A program made the translations under genes and the position numbers. Below, in pieces: positions 26,084-35,468 of a DNA stretch of 40,771 bases; positions within the stretch are counted from its first letter, which is position 1, and the number at the start of each line of letters is the position of its first letter. This DNA comes from Escherichia phage BUCT789. The notes beneath the pieces were generated by a model. The model was not told the origin of the DNA. It saw only the letters and a list, made by a program, of their open reading frames with translations, and searched no databases. The stretch is taken from sequence record PQ999132.1; one strand, 5' to 3'.

Positions 26084-27475
26084 ATGAGTGATTTGAGATT
26101 CCCTATGTCCCTTCGACCTATAGTGTCGAAGGGGTACTCCCAGACCAGGGGGAGTAATATCTGGCGCACCGAGGTTCAGGGTGGCTTACCCCGCCAGGGG
26201 CGAGACACGTACTTCGAACCGGTGCCGATTAGCGTGACGCTCGTCGTATCGTCTCTCGGTCGTCAGGCGTTTTATAGCTTCCTGAACAACATCGACGGCG
26301 GGGCGTCCTCGTTTATCATGCCCCATGATACGGGTATGGGCATCGAGGACCACCAGGTGCTCATCACCTCTACGATTAGTGACAGCACCGACGACGGTAA
26401 GAACTGGGTAATCTCGTTCACAGCAACAGCAGAACGCACAGCGATTCAGGAAGACACATGTCTTACGAAGAATCTGCCAGATTTGTTCGGTTGCTACGGC
26501 GATTATTTAGGTAGTTTTCTGAAAATATACGCGAACTACGAGACGACGTTCCCGCGCATCTGGAGCAATGAAGGGCCCGCAGGGTACCCGCCGATTAACC
26601 TTCTGGCGTCAACTCTCGATAGCCGCATTGTGTACGACGGACCGCAGGTTTATTACATCAACCGCAATGGCAATCTTGTGCAGTCCGCCGCGGGTGAATG
26701 GCCTCTTACGTTTATTGATGGGGTTGCTGTCGGGCGTGTTCCGCCGGAGTTGATGGGGGCGAATAGTGTTCTCTATTCTAGCGATATCATATCTTCTCTT
26801 TGGGTAAAAGTACGGACTGGCATAACGCTTGCTCCGGGTTACCTGACGTCTGACAATACCTTCAAATTAACACCAACCATCGTAAACGGGGCGCATTACA
26901 TACAACAAAGTATAGAGGGAGAGTTTGGTGAAGATGAATTTTACACGTTCAGTTGTTTTGCCAAATCTGACGGTTACAAATACGCAAGACTACGCGCGGC
27001 TGATGGCGCCGGTTTCATATCTGACGTCGTAGTTAATTTGGAAACTGGAGACATCTATTCCGGGCAACAGAATAGCCTAGTAACATATATCGGTGGTGGG
27101 TGGTTCAGATTTACGGAACTGATTGTCGTGCGTGGAAACGGGGCAAATAAGCTAGATATCACCATTGGGGTTAATGATAATTCAACCCAACTAACGTATC
27201 CCGGCGACGGTTCAAGTGGGATACTCGTATCATCACCTCAAATAGAAAAATCAGAATTTGCCACTTCGCCAATAGTAACCGATGCGTCACCGGTAACCAG
27301 GCACTCGGCATCGGCAAAAGTAACCATGAACGGCGCGACAAGCATCGACATTACCTATTCCGACGGCACTGTAGTAAACGTTCCATCTGTAGATGATTAC
27401 GCGACTATCCCCCAAGCGGATTCTGCGTGGGGTAGTAAATATATCACCCGTATTGATTTTAATGTGGACGGTTAA
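26084..27475 (+). CDS. minor/distal tail protein
   Basis: 463 aa ORF directly after tape measure. Confidence 0.6.
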   Translation: MSDLRFPMSLRPIVSKGYSQTRGSNIWRTEVQGGLPRQGRDTYFEPVPISVTLVVSSLGRQAFYSFLNNIDGGASSFIMPHDTGMGIEDHQVLITSTISDSTDDGKNWVISFTATAERTAIQEDTCLTKNLPDLFGCYGDYLGSFLKIYANYETTFPRIWSNEGPAGYPPINLLASTLDSRIVYDGPQVYYINRNGNLVQSAAGEWPLTFIDGVAVGRVPPELMGANSVLYSSDIISSLWVKVRTGITLAPGYLTSDNTFKLTPTIVNGAHYIQQSIEGEFGEDEFYTFSCFAKSDGYKYARLRAADGAGFISDVVVNLETGDIYSGQQNSLVTYIGGGWFRFTELIVVRGNGANKLDITIGVNDNSTQLTYPGDGSSGILVSSPQIEKSEFATSPIVTDASPVTRHSASAKVTMNGATSIDITYSDGTVVNVPSVDDYATIPQADSAWGSKYITRIDFNVDG

Positions 27476-27478
27476 CTT

Positions 27479-27994
27479 ATGAGTCAGGAATCAGTAGAAG
27501 CAGCCTATCGCCGTAAGCTGGCCTCAAATCCCGACGGCGAGATGGACTACATCACGTTGCAAATCAGCCACCCGTCGCTGTCAAAGACGTACTATCTTGT
27601 GCGTGGGACTTCCGACCTGACGGCAACGCTAGAGACAGGAGAAGTCGTAACGTTTGAGGCTACACCTATGGAGGCTAAAGGGGCCGCCAACAATAACGAC
27701 ATGGACCAGCGGGCGTCGTTCGCATTGCCTGACATTGGTAACCAGTTAGACGACGAGATGGACAGGATACCGCCTGATAATACCGTGCTACCTAAATTTA
27801 TATTCCGCCGTTTTGTTAGTACTGATTTGTCTTATCCGGCTGATGGGCCAGTTGTATACGAGTTGCAGTCGATAAACCAGGAAAAGGGGATATTCACAGC
27901 TGACGTCGGCGTCCCTATGTTGAACCAAAGAGCCACCGGTGAACTAATGACCCCTTCGGTAATCCCATTGTTGCGTGGTGTTTTGTCTACATGA
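27479..27994 (+). CDS. minor tail protein (lambda L-like position)
   Basis: 171 aa; position in the tail-tip gene series. Confidence 0.5.
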   Translation: MSQESVEAAYRRKLASNPDGEMDYITLQISHPSLSKTYYLVRGTSDLTATLETGEVVTFEATPMEAKGAANNNDMDQRASFALPDIGNQLDDEMDRIPPDNTVLPKFIFRRFVSTDLSYPADGPVVYELQSINQEKGIFTADVGVPMLNQRATGELMTPSVIPLLRGVLST

Positions 27995-28356
27995 ATATTA
28001 ATTCTTATACTGGGTTGCCGTACGATTTTCGCCGTCGTAATTGCTGGCACCACGTGCGTAACGTTCGTACCGACGCTGGTCTTTTTACGCCAGAGTTTAA
28101 CGTCGCTTCACCAACACAGATTAACGACGCCTTCGAAGAAGGCCATAAAGACACTAAAGGCCTCGTACGCGTAGAAACTCCGCAAAACTTCGATGCCGTG
28201 TTGATGGCGACACGGCACAGAAACCGTGTAATCTGGCACGCTGGAGTATACTATGACGGTATGGTAAGCCATTGCGAGCTGGCGAGTCGCCAGGTACGGT
28301 TAGACCGACTGGAAGACTTGCGCGAAACTTATGCGGAGATAGAATTTTGGCGCTGA
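27991..28356 (+). CDS. tail assembly protein (lambda K-like position, possible NlpC/P60-type)
   Basis: 121 aa; Cys/His-containing NCWHH segment; ATGA-coupled. Confidence 0.45.
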   Translation: MNINSYTGLPYDFRRRNCWHHVRNVRTDAGLFTPEFNVASPTQINDAFEEGHKDTKGLVRVETPQNFDAVLMATRHRNRVIWHAGVYYDGMVSHCELASRQVRLDRLEDLRETYAEIEFWR

Positions 28357-30899
28357 TATTACATTACACCCGTAACGAAGACGGTACTTTTGACCGCAAA
28401 CGGTATAACGTACCTCCGATGGAATACGTCGTTGCTAACATCCCAGACGGGGTACCTGTGCGTATTTACCGCGGCGAGATTGGTGATGATACAGACGTAA
28501 CGGAAAACTTCGAAGCGCTGAAAGAAGATGACGTTTTCCATATCATCGAGGGCGCTGGCGGCGGCGGTGGTTTTCTGGGTAAACTCCTGGACCCTTTGGG
28601 TGTGCTTAAATTTGTTACCAAGTTGATTTCTCCGTCGCAGAAAACGCCTAAAACGAGTTTAGCGAACCAGCAGGCGGAGTCCCCCAACAACAGCCTGACG
28701 GACCGAAACAATAAACCGCGTCCGTATGAACGGTCGTATGATATTTGCGGCAGGGTCCAGACTATCCCTAATGACCTCATGACTACGTATAAGGTCTTCA
28801 ATGACGCAGGTGCGGTAGTTGAATACGGTTACTATGACGCCGGTCGCGGGCATCTTGATATTAAGGCGGAGGACATCACAGACGGCGATACTAAAGTGCA
28901 GGAGATTACAGGAACTTCTGTAGCGGTATACGCCCCATTTACATCCCCTAACAATACAAATACGCCTCAGCTTCTGGTGGGGGACCCTATCAATCAGAAT
29001 CTGTACATAACTATCGCCTCAAACGAGGTAGACGGCGCTGTTCTGAAAGCGCAGAACGACATCAGGGTTAATCCCAGTGATACCGGGGAGATTTCATTGC
29101 AGGGGGCAACTGGTGTCGTCCGCGATAACACTGGCGACTCTGCTTTCTCTGAGATTTTATCAGTTGGGGACATAGCTGTTTTTAACCTTATTCTGGTAAA
29201 AGACGTGGCTAACGTCAGTGGTAGCTATACTGTTACATACGTAGATGACTTTGAGGTAAGAGTAGCCGCCGGAGGGATGTTGTCAGAATGGCAAAAATTG
29301 CCATCAGGATTCACTCCTTTAACGCAAGGTACCGAAGCATGGATTTCACCGTCGAACACTTACGATAAGTCGTTAACGGACTGGACTACTTTAAACCGCC
29401 TGGAAGTTGAACGCGTAGTAGCCAACATCGCGGCCGCGAATGGTATGTATAAAGACAACGGCAGTAAATTGCGCACGTCGGTAACTGTCGAGCTTCAGTA
29501 TCAACTCCTTGATGAAACTGGCGTGCCGTACGGGGATGTTTACTCAAAACAGGCCGTTATATCAGGTCGTTCTGCGGATTACACAGGTGTTACTATTTAC
29601 GCCGACTTGCCCGTGCGGTCTAAAGTTAGAGTGCGCGCCCGCCGTGTTACTAACCTTGACCTTAGTTTCGAGGGGACCGTGGTAGACGAGGTTTCCTACA
29701 TCAACCTTTATGGGCAGATCCGCGACACTACGCCGCATTATGGCAATCGTACCACAGTACACTCTGCGCGTAAGCAGACGCCGCGGGCCGCGGAGATTAA
29801 GCAGCCGCAACTACGTATGATTGCCACAGAGATGGTGTACAAATACCTCGGCAACGGCGCATTCGACCCTGTTATGACGCCGAATACTCAGGCGATTCAG
29901 TCCTTAATCCGTCTTGCCCGCGACCCGGCAGTAGGTAATCTCAACCTAACAACATCCAATATGGACAAGTTGTTAGCGACTCAGACCGAGATAGAAAACT
30001 ATTTCGGTAACGCAGAGGCCGGCCAATTCTGCTACACTTTTGACGATTATAAAATGACCATGCAGGATATCATCAGCACAATAGCTGATGCTATTTTCTG
30101 CACTCCATATCGTAAAGGGCAGGACATATTACTGGATTTCGAGCGCCCTCGTATGGGGCCGGAGATGGTATTCACCCACCGCAGTAAGACAACGGCTTCG
30201 GAAAAGTGGACGCGCACATTCAACGACGCTCAGGTATACGATAGTCTTAAGTTCTCCTATATTGACCCCGACACCAACGTAAAAGAGACTATTAGCATCC
30301 CCGCCGAAGGTGGTGTCAATACTGAAACGTATGACTCCAAAGGTATACGTAATTATCGTCAGGCGTACTGGGCGGCGTACCGTCGGTACCAGAAGAACCT
30401 GTTGAAGAAAGTCACGGTGTCCTTTACGGCGACAGAAGAAGGAGTTTTTGTGCTGCCGGGTCGCGCAATAAGCGTCGTTAAAGGTTCACGCGTAGCGCCT
30501 CAAGACGGCTATGTTGTTGCCGTTAATGGTCTTACTCTGACTTTATCACAGCCTGTCACATTTACTCCGGGTGACGACCACTCTTTAATCCTTAAGAAGC
30601 GCGACGGTGGTGTCCAGAGCGTCGCTGTAGTTCCTGGAAGTCATGACCGTGAAGTGATTATGTTATCCGCGCCTCAGGAGGCAATTTACACAGGGAATAG
30701 TGCACTAAAAACTGAGTTTTCATTCGGCAACGAAGCAAGGCATAATGCTCAGATGATTCTTGTTTCTACAGTTGACCCGGGAGACGACAGAACAGTTAAG
30801 ATTACCGGTATTAACTACGAAGCGGATTTCTACAAATACGACGGCGTCGCGCCTTTCGGTAGCGGTTTCTCCGACGGATTCAGCAATGGTTTTAATTAA
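28347..30899 (+). CDS. tail tip / central fibre protein (lambda J-like host-specificity protein)
   Basis: Very long ORF; start uncertain: TTG 28347 with GGAG 8 nt upstream, or ATG 28419 without RBS; track lists 28272. Confidence 0.7.
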   Translation: MALILHYTRNEDGTFDRKRYNVPPMEYVVANIPDGVPVRIYRGEIGDDTDVTENFEALKEDDVFHIIEGAGGGGGFLGKLLDPLGVLKFVTKLISPSQKTPKTSLANQQAESPNNSLTDRNNKPRPYERSYDICGRVQTIPNDLMTTYKVFNDAGAVVEYGYYDAGRGHLDIKAEDITDGDTKVQEITGTSVAVYAPFTSPNNTNTPQLLVGDPINQNLYITIASNEVDGAVLKAQNDIRVNPSDTGEISLQGATGVVRDNTGDSAFSEILSVGDIAVFNLILVKDVANVSGSYTVTYVDDFEVRVAAGGMLSEWQKLPSGFTPLTQGTEAWISPSNTYDKSLTDWTTLNRLEVERVVANIAAANGMYKDNGSKLRTSVTVELQYQLLDETGVPYGDVYSKQAVISGRSADYTGVTIYADLPVRSKVRVRARRVTNLDLSFEGTVVDEVSYINLYGQIRDTTPHYGNRTTVHSARKQTPRAAEIKQPQLRMIATEMVYKYLGNGAFDPVMTPNTQAIQSLIRLARDPAVGNLNLTTSNMDKLLATQTEIENYFGNAEAGQFCYTFDDYKMTMQDIISTIADAIFCTPYRKGQDILLDFERPRMGPEMVFTHRSKTTASEKWTRTFNDAQVYDSLKFSYIDPDTNVKETISIPAEGGVNTETYDSKGIRNYRQAYWAAYRRYQKNLLKKVTVSFTATEEGVFVLPGRAISVVKGSRVAPQDGYVVAVNGLTLTLSQPVTFTPGDDHSLILKKRDGGVQSVAVVPGSHDREVIMLSAPQEAIYTGNSALKTEFSFGNEARHNAQMILVSTVDPGDDRTVKITGINYEADFYKYDGVAPFGSGFSDGFSNGFN

Positions 30900-30911
30900 A
30901 GAGGACTCTAT

Positions 30912-32711
30912 ATGTCAAGCGGATGCGGTGACGTTTTAAGCCTGGTGGATTTACAAACCGCCAAGAAACACCAGATTTTCGAAGCTGAGGTAATTACCGG
31001 GAAACAAGGTGGTGTCGCTGGTGGTGCTGATATTGATTACGCGACCAATCAGGTAACCGGGCAGACGCAGAAGACGCTCCCAGCCGTGTTGCGTGACGCG
31101 GGCTTTTCTCCTGTGTCGTGGGATTTCTCCACGGGCGGCACGTTAACTGTTGACGACCGCGACAAAGTTGTCTATGACCCTGTAAGTAAAACGTGGTATT
31201 CGTACGCGGGTACGTTGCCTGTTGTGGTTCCTGCATCCTTTAACCCGGTTGGTAACGCTAACTGGAAACCGCAGACAGACCCGGACTTACGTAGCGATTT
31301 AGAAACAATGTGGGCAGACGGCAGTTTCCCGGAAGCCGTTAGATATAAATACGGGCTGCCAACTGTAGTTGACGGCGCTGTATATAGAACTGTTCAAGAT
31401 AAGCTGGATGATTTTGTATGTCTAGAGGATTTTGGCGGAAAAGACGATGAGGGCGTTACCGACAATTCTTTAGCATTCCAGAAAGCATTCGCGGCGGGCG
31501 CTAAGAAAATTTATCTTAAAGGTTCTGGTGTTTATGGAATGGCAACCAGAGACATTGAGCTTCCCGCAAAATATGAAATTATTGGTAACGCAAAAAATCC
31601 AGAGATTAAGTATTTGGGGTCGGACACGTCATTCACAATGTTTACACTTACCGGAACCGGGCCAGAATCTGGCAATTGGAAACAGGGAGGCACATTCCGA
31701 GATGTAGTAATATCATCTGACGTGCAGATTAACTGGATTCTTTGCCGTCATGTTCAAAACTTAGAATTTGATAGGGTTTTCTTCTATAACGCGCAAACTG
31801 TTATGAACAACTACCACTACGTTAACTTCTTCCGGTGTGAACGTTGGGGAAGTCCATTCATTGGGCGTGCGGATTTAAATACCGTACAGTTTATAAGTGA
31901 ATCACCTAAGTTTCTTATGTGTTTCAGCTCTAACTCTCCGATTGACGTGTGGGATACCGCCGATTTATATATCAGCCAGTGTACGATGTTTGCGGGAGAA
32001 TACGCGGTAAGAACACGCACAACACTTGGTGGAATGGGTGGGACAGACCAATTTGCTGGCTACCCTGTTTTAATTTCGAATAGCGTTTTTGATGCCATCA
32101 ACGGCTCAGCTTTCGATATGGAGGACCTCGCATATTCCTCAATAAACGGCAACATTATTAGCGCAGGGAGGGTGAACAATGTCCGTGGAATTAATATTAA
32201 AGGTGCCAGAAACCTGGCGTTTACCGGAAACACTATCACTTACTGTGGTGATTTTGGCATGGTATTAGAAAATGCTGAACAATGTTCTTTGTCAAATAAT
32301 ATATTCAACGGAAATAAGACTGGGGGCCTCTCATTGGTAAACTGCAAGGAGATATCTGTCATTGGCGGAGCTATGGGTACGTCTTACATCAAAGGTGGGT
32401 ACTACGTGCAACCACTTGGCATAACAGACCCCGCCGATAACTGTAACGGCATAACCATCAATGGCGTTTCTTTCGATAGCGATATGACGAACAAGATTAT
32501 CCTCAACACTTCTGAGGCGCGTAAAAACCGTATTATAGCCTGCCTTGGCGTCAACGATACTCAGACGACTTATCAGAACAGGGGGTCTACAGCGCAACGC
32601 CCTTCAGCACCTGTAAGTGGTCAGCAGTATTACGATGCGTCCCTGGGGATTCCTATCTGGTGGAACTCAGTTAGTGGTACATGGAAAAACGCAGCAGGTG
32701 CTAACGTATAA
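30912..32711 (+). CDS. tailspike / receptor-binding protein with predicted right-handed beta-helix (depolymerase-type)
   Basis: 599 aa; repeated beta-helix-like units (NGNIISAG..., GNTITYCGDFG..., NNIFNGNKTGG...); last structural gene. Confidence 0.7.
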   Translation: MSSGCGDVLSLVDLQTAKKHQIFEAEVITGKQGGVAGGADIDYATNQVTGQTQKTLPAVLRDAGFSPVSWDFSTGGTLTVDDRDKVVYDPVSKTWYSYAGTLPVVVPASFNPVGNANWKPQTDPDLRSDLETMWADGSFPEAVRYKYGLPTVVDGAVYRTVQDKLDDFVCLEDFGGKDDEGVTDNSLAFQKAFAAGAKKIYLKGSGVYGMATRDIELPAKYEIIGNAKNPEIKYLGSDTSFTMFTLTGTGPESGNWKQGGTFRDVVISSDVQINWILCRHVQNLEFDRVFFYNAQTVMNNYHYVNFFRCERWGSPFIGRADLNTVQFISESPKFLMCFSSNSPIDVWDTADLYISQCTMFAGEYAVRTRTTLGGMGGTDQFAGYPVLISNSVFDAINGSAFDMEDLAYSSINGNIISAGRVNNVRGINIKGARNLAFTGNTITYCGDFGMVLENAEQCSLSNNIFNGNKTGGLSLVNCKEISVIGGAMGTSYIKGGYYVQPLGITDPADNCNGITINGVSFDSDMTNKIILNTSEARKNRIIACLGVNDTQTTYQNRGSTAQRPSAPVSGQQYYDASLGIPIWWNSVSGTWKNAAGANV

Positions 32712-32717
32712 AACTAA

Positions 32718-32737
32718 GGCCCCGAAAGGGGCCTTTT
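32718..32737. terminator. bidirectional rho-independent terminator
   Basis: ggcccc-gaaa-ggggcc with T-runs on both strands; ends both convergent operons. Confidence 0.7.
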
Positions 32738-32739
32738 CT

Positions 32740-32877
32740 CTACTCGTCTGATAACTTCTCCAGTACAAACGCCAGTTGCGCATTAGCGGCGTCTCTCTGT
32801 TGCCGTAGTCTTAGGACTTCCTCTTCGAGTTCCTTGATACGTTTTTGCAATGCCGGAATTGGGGCTATGATGTTCAT
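32740..32877 (-). CDS. small coiled-coil protein (45 aa; absent from the ORF track)
   Basis: Minus ATG 32877 overlaps the helicase stop (ATGA); product MNIIAPIPALQKRIKELEEEVLRLRQQRDAANAQLAFVLEKLSDE. Confidence 0.4.
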   Translation of the reverse strand: MNIIAPIPALQKRIKELEEEVLRLRQQRDAANAQLAFVLEKLSDE

Positions 32878-34304
32878 TTCTTACCTCGTCTCTTCATGTA
32901 ATTAAGCAACTCTTCCTGTACAGATTTCTTCTCGTCCGTACGCGCGGCAACAACCTCATCCAGCGTGTCTTTGGCAACGATATGATAGAGGAACACTGGG
33001 CGCTCGTGGCCTGCCTGTTTCTGGCGGACCGGGCCTATACGCTCGACAACCTGCAAATAGTGCTCAAGGTTCCAGCCTTGCGAGATGAATGCCAGATGAT
33101 GTCCGCCGTCCTGTAAATTCAAACCATGACCGGCTGACGCAGGGTGGACACATAAGATTTCGATTTCCCCGCGGTTCCACGCTTCCATCTGCTTATTACC
33201 CTTGGCGCCTTTTGCAAACGCCTGTGCCTGCGGGAATCGCTTAAGGATGCGCTCCAGTTCATGCTTAAACTGATAAGCCACAAGCAACGGTGCGCCCTGT
33301 AACTCCTCAACGATAGACTCCAGCGCATCCAGTTTCGTGTCGTGCACTTTCTCCCAGTCTTTGGTTGCCTCACCGTCTGGCCCCGACACATATACGGCAC
33401 CGGAGGCAATCTGCAAACACTTTGACGTCTTCGCCGCCGCGTTAGCCGCTTCAACTTCTCCGCTCTCCAGTTCCGCGAATAACTTCTCCTCCATATCGAT
33501 GTACGCCTGACGCGCCTTCTTCGGCAGGTCGATTTCAACCGGAACAATAATCGGCGCTTCGCAACCGAACCACTCTGCGGCGTCAATAGTGAGACTGATG
33601 TCCTTCATCTTCTGGTGAATTTCATTATCCGCGCCAGGGCGCGCATGATACTCACGCGCCATCGCGGATTTGCCTTTCTGTACCGAGTTAAACCAGCGGT
33701 CGGTGAATGCGGTGTATGAAGAACCGAGCCGCTCGCCCGCGTCGATAAACCAGTTCTGACCCCACAGGTCCTTGAGTCCGTTTGGCGACGGTGTGCCCGT
33801 CAGGTTAATGAAACGCTTAACTTTACCGAACGCAACCTTGCTGAGGGCCTTAGCCCTTTTGCTACCACCTGAACGGCTGCGGAACGATTTCAGCTTCGTG
33901 CTCTCATCAGCAACAATAACCGTAAAAGGCCAGTCGTCTTTGCCGTAGTAGTCAATAAGCCATTCGATAACTTCGTAGTTCGTGCAAACCACGTTAGCAT
34001 CCGACTCCAGCGCCGCGATGCGGCGCTTCTCTGAACCAGTCGCATCGACGACACGCAGACAAGGGAAGTTCCAACGTGCCTGTTCCGCGGGCCACGTACC
34101 TGACGCAACACGTAAAGGGGCAAGAATTAACACTCGGTCGTCGTCATTAAGTTGCCCATTACGGAACAGTCGATTGAGAACCCACAACGTTGACCCCGAC
34201 TTGCCGCTGCCCATCGAAGCCCAAATATTACAGCGAGGGTGCCGCAGCATGAACGAAGTCATGAGCTTTTGGTACTCTCGACGGATAAATTTAGACATAA
34301 TCAA
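32874..34304 (-). CDS. SNF2-family (DEAD-like) helicase/ATPase
   Basis: 476 aa; Walker A GSGKSG, DExx-type VIVADEST, LTGTPSPN (SNF2 motif III), HGLNLQ. Confidence 0.8.
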   Translation of the reverse strand: MIMSKFIRREYQKLMTSFMLRHPRCNIWASMGSGKSGSTLWVLNRLFRNGQLNDDDRVLILAPLRVASGTWPAEQARWNFPCLRVVDATGSEKRRIAALESDANVVCTNYEVIEWLIDYYGKDDWPFTVIVADESTKLKSFRSRSGGSKRAKALSKVAFGKVKRFINLTGTPSPNGLKDLWGQNWFIDAGERLGSSYTAFTDRWFNSVQKGKSAMAREYHARPGADNEIHQKMKDISLTIDAAEWFGCEAPIIVPVEIDLPKKARQAYIDMEEKLFAELESGEVEAANAAAKTSKCLQIASGAVYVSGPDGEATKDWEKVHDTKLDALESIVEELQGAPLLVAYQFKHELERILKRFPQAQAFAKGAKGNKQMEAWNRGEIEILCVHPASAGHGLNLQDGGHHLAFISQGWNLEHYLQVVERIGPVRQKQAGHERPVFLYHIVAKDTLDEVVAARTDEKKSVQEELLNYMKRRGKK

Positions 34305-34495
34305 CCCTTAACGTAGAGCACCAGCTCTTTACGCCCGAACGCCGTAACGTTACCCGTTACATCTTCGATAACCAGTTTACCGTTCGACTCGACGAACACC
34401 GTATCAACGGCAACCGGACGTCGGGTCTTAACGTTGAAAATCATGTCGCCCGGTACGATGTCACGTGCGGGTTTGCGGTCATATTCGTGTTTCAT
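34301..34495 (-). CDS. hypothetical protein (64 aa)
   Basis: Stop overlaps the helicase ATG (ATGA). Confidence 0.5.
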   Translation of the reverse strand: MKHEYDRKPARDIVPGDMIFNVKTRRPVAVDTVFVESNGKLVIEDVTGNVTAFGRKELVLYVKG

Positions 34496-34516
34496 TTCTC
34501 AATTCCTTATAGTTAA

Positions 34517-34530
34517 GGCCCCGAAGGGCC
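34517..34530 (-). terminator. intra-operon hairpin (attenuator-like)
   Basis: ggccc-cgaa-gggcc; moderately T-rich downstream on the minus strand. Confidence 0.35.
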
Positions 34531-34534
34531 TGTA

Positions 34535-34789
34535 TTAGTTAGATAATTCGCCTTGAACTTGCTTAATAAGTTCTCTGGCCGTTGTGAAGTCTACGGACAG
34601 CCCTTTAGCGACGTCTTCCGCAAGCACCTTGTGGCCAACTGACCCGAAGCCCAGGATACGGTTTACTTCCGAAACCTTCATATACCATGAGTAATTAACT
34701 GACGCCCCTGTGTATTTACCGATACGAACAGATGAATCGATTGAACCAATAATCATGGTGTTTACTGACAGTTGAAGTTCGATAGCCAT
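34535..34789 (-). CDS. hypothetical protein (84 aa)
   Basis: ATG 34789 immediately follows the VRR-NUC stop. Confidence 0.5.
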   Translation of the reverse strand: MAIELQLSVNTMIIGSIDSSVRIGKYTGASVNYSWYMKVSEVNRILGFGSVGHKVLAEDVAKGLSVDFTTARELIKQVQGELSN

Positions 34790-34790
34790 T

Positions 34791-35105
34791 TTATAATTCC
34801 TTATATTGTTGGGGTATGTGCTTACTATAATAGTCTGCTATTAGGGTGTCAATCTGTTTTATCGAACCAACGACAAAAACATTTGCGCCACGTTTGCGCA
34901 TCCGCTCATGCTCACGTAGCTGGTGGGGGTCAGGCTTCGTGTTTTCGTCTTTCTTAACCTCGACGAACCAGACGACGCCGCCGGGGAGAATTGCCAGCAG
35001 GTCGGGGGCGCCGGAACGCCCCTCGTAGGAAAGTTTACGAACGAGGCCACCAAGGGCCTCGAATCGCTCCTTTGCATATTTCTGTATTTTGCCTTCCGGG
35101 GTCAT
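34791..35105 (-). CDS. VRR-NUC domain nuclease
   Basis: Motif GAPDLLAILPGGVVWFVEVK; start taken as ATG 35105 overlapping the upstream small ORF stop; track lists TTG 35120. Confidence 0.7.
   Translation of the reverse strand: MTPEGKIQKYAKERFEALGGLVRKLSYEGRSGAPDLLAILPGGVVWFVEVKKDENTKPDPHQLREHERMRKRGANVFVVGSIKQIDTLIADYYSKHIPQQYKEL
34824..34852 (-). promoter_or_regulatory. sigma70-like promoter, TTGACA-N17-TATAGT (minus strand), inside the 3' end of the VRR-NUC gene
   Basis: + strand tgtcaa 34847-34852 and actata 34824-34829, 17-nt spacer. Confidence 0.45.
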
Positions 35106-35254
35106 GAGCGCAGAACCCAAGTAAGGAAAGCCCCGCCCAGAACGGCAACACCGACAAAATTAAAGAACAGGCCATAGCAGAACATCGCGGCTATTCCCGC
35201 ACCGAGTAGAAGTGCGAGCATGGTTACTATCGTCCAAAATACAAACATTGTCAT
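35102..35254 (-). CDS. small hydrophobic membrane protein (50 aa; absent from the ORF track)
   Basis: GAGGGG RBS; product MTMFVFWTIVTMLALLLGAGIAAMFCYGLFFNFVGVAVLGGAFLTWVLRS; stop overlaps the VRR-NUC ATG. Confidence 0.45.
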   Translation of the reverse strand: MTMFVFWTIVTMLALLLGAGIAAMFCYGLFFNFVGVAVLGGAFLTWVLRS

Positions 35255-35336
35255 AATACGCACCCCTCACGTTTCGTGTGCTCAATCCCGCAGCGCGGAC
35301 AGATTCGACAGTCTTCTTCATAGAACCAGTAGATTT

Positions 35337-35468
35337 TCATTCCAGCACCCACAGATAAATTGCGATGAACATACCTAATACGGCTACAATCATGCCGTAT
35401 TGGCCCTCGTGACAGTAGACACCGGCGGCAAATCCCGCCAGTACTGCGATAATCAGTTTACTTAGCAT
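35337..35468 (-). CDS. small hydrophobic membrane peptide (43 aa; absent from the ORF track)
   Basis: ATG 35468 overlaps the 3' end of the polymerase gene; product MLSKLIIAVLAGFAAGVYCHEGQYGMIVAVLGMFIAIYLWVLE. Confidence 0.4.
   Translation of the reverse strand: MLSKLIIAVLAGFAAGVYCHEGQYGMIVAVLGMFIAIYLWVLE

Noticed and set aside
33119-33586. 155-aa Arg-rich minus-strand ORF inside the SNF2 helicase gene
   Set aside because: Alternative frame of the helicase coding region; R-rich artefact.
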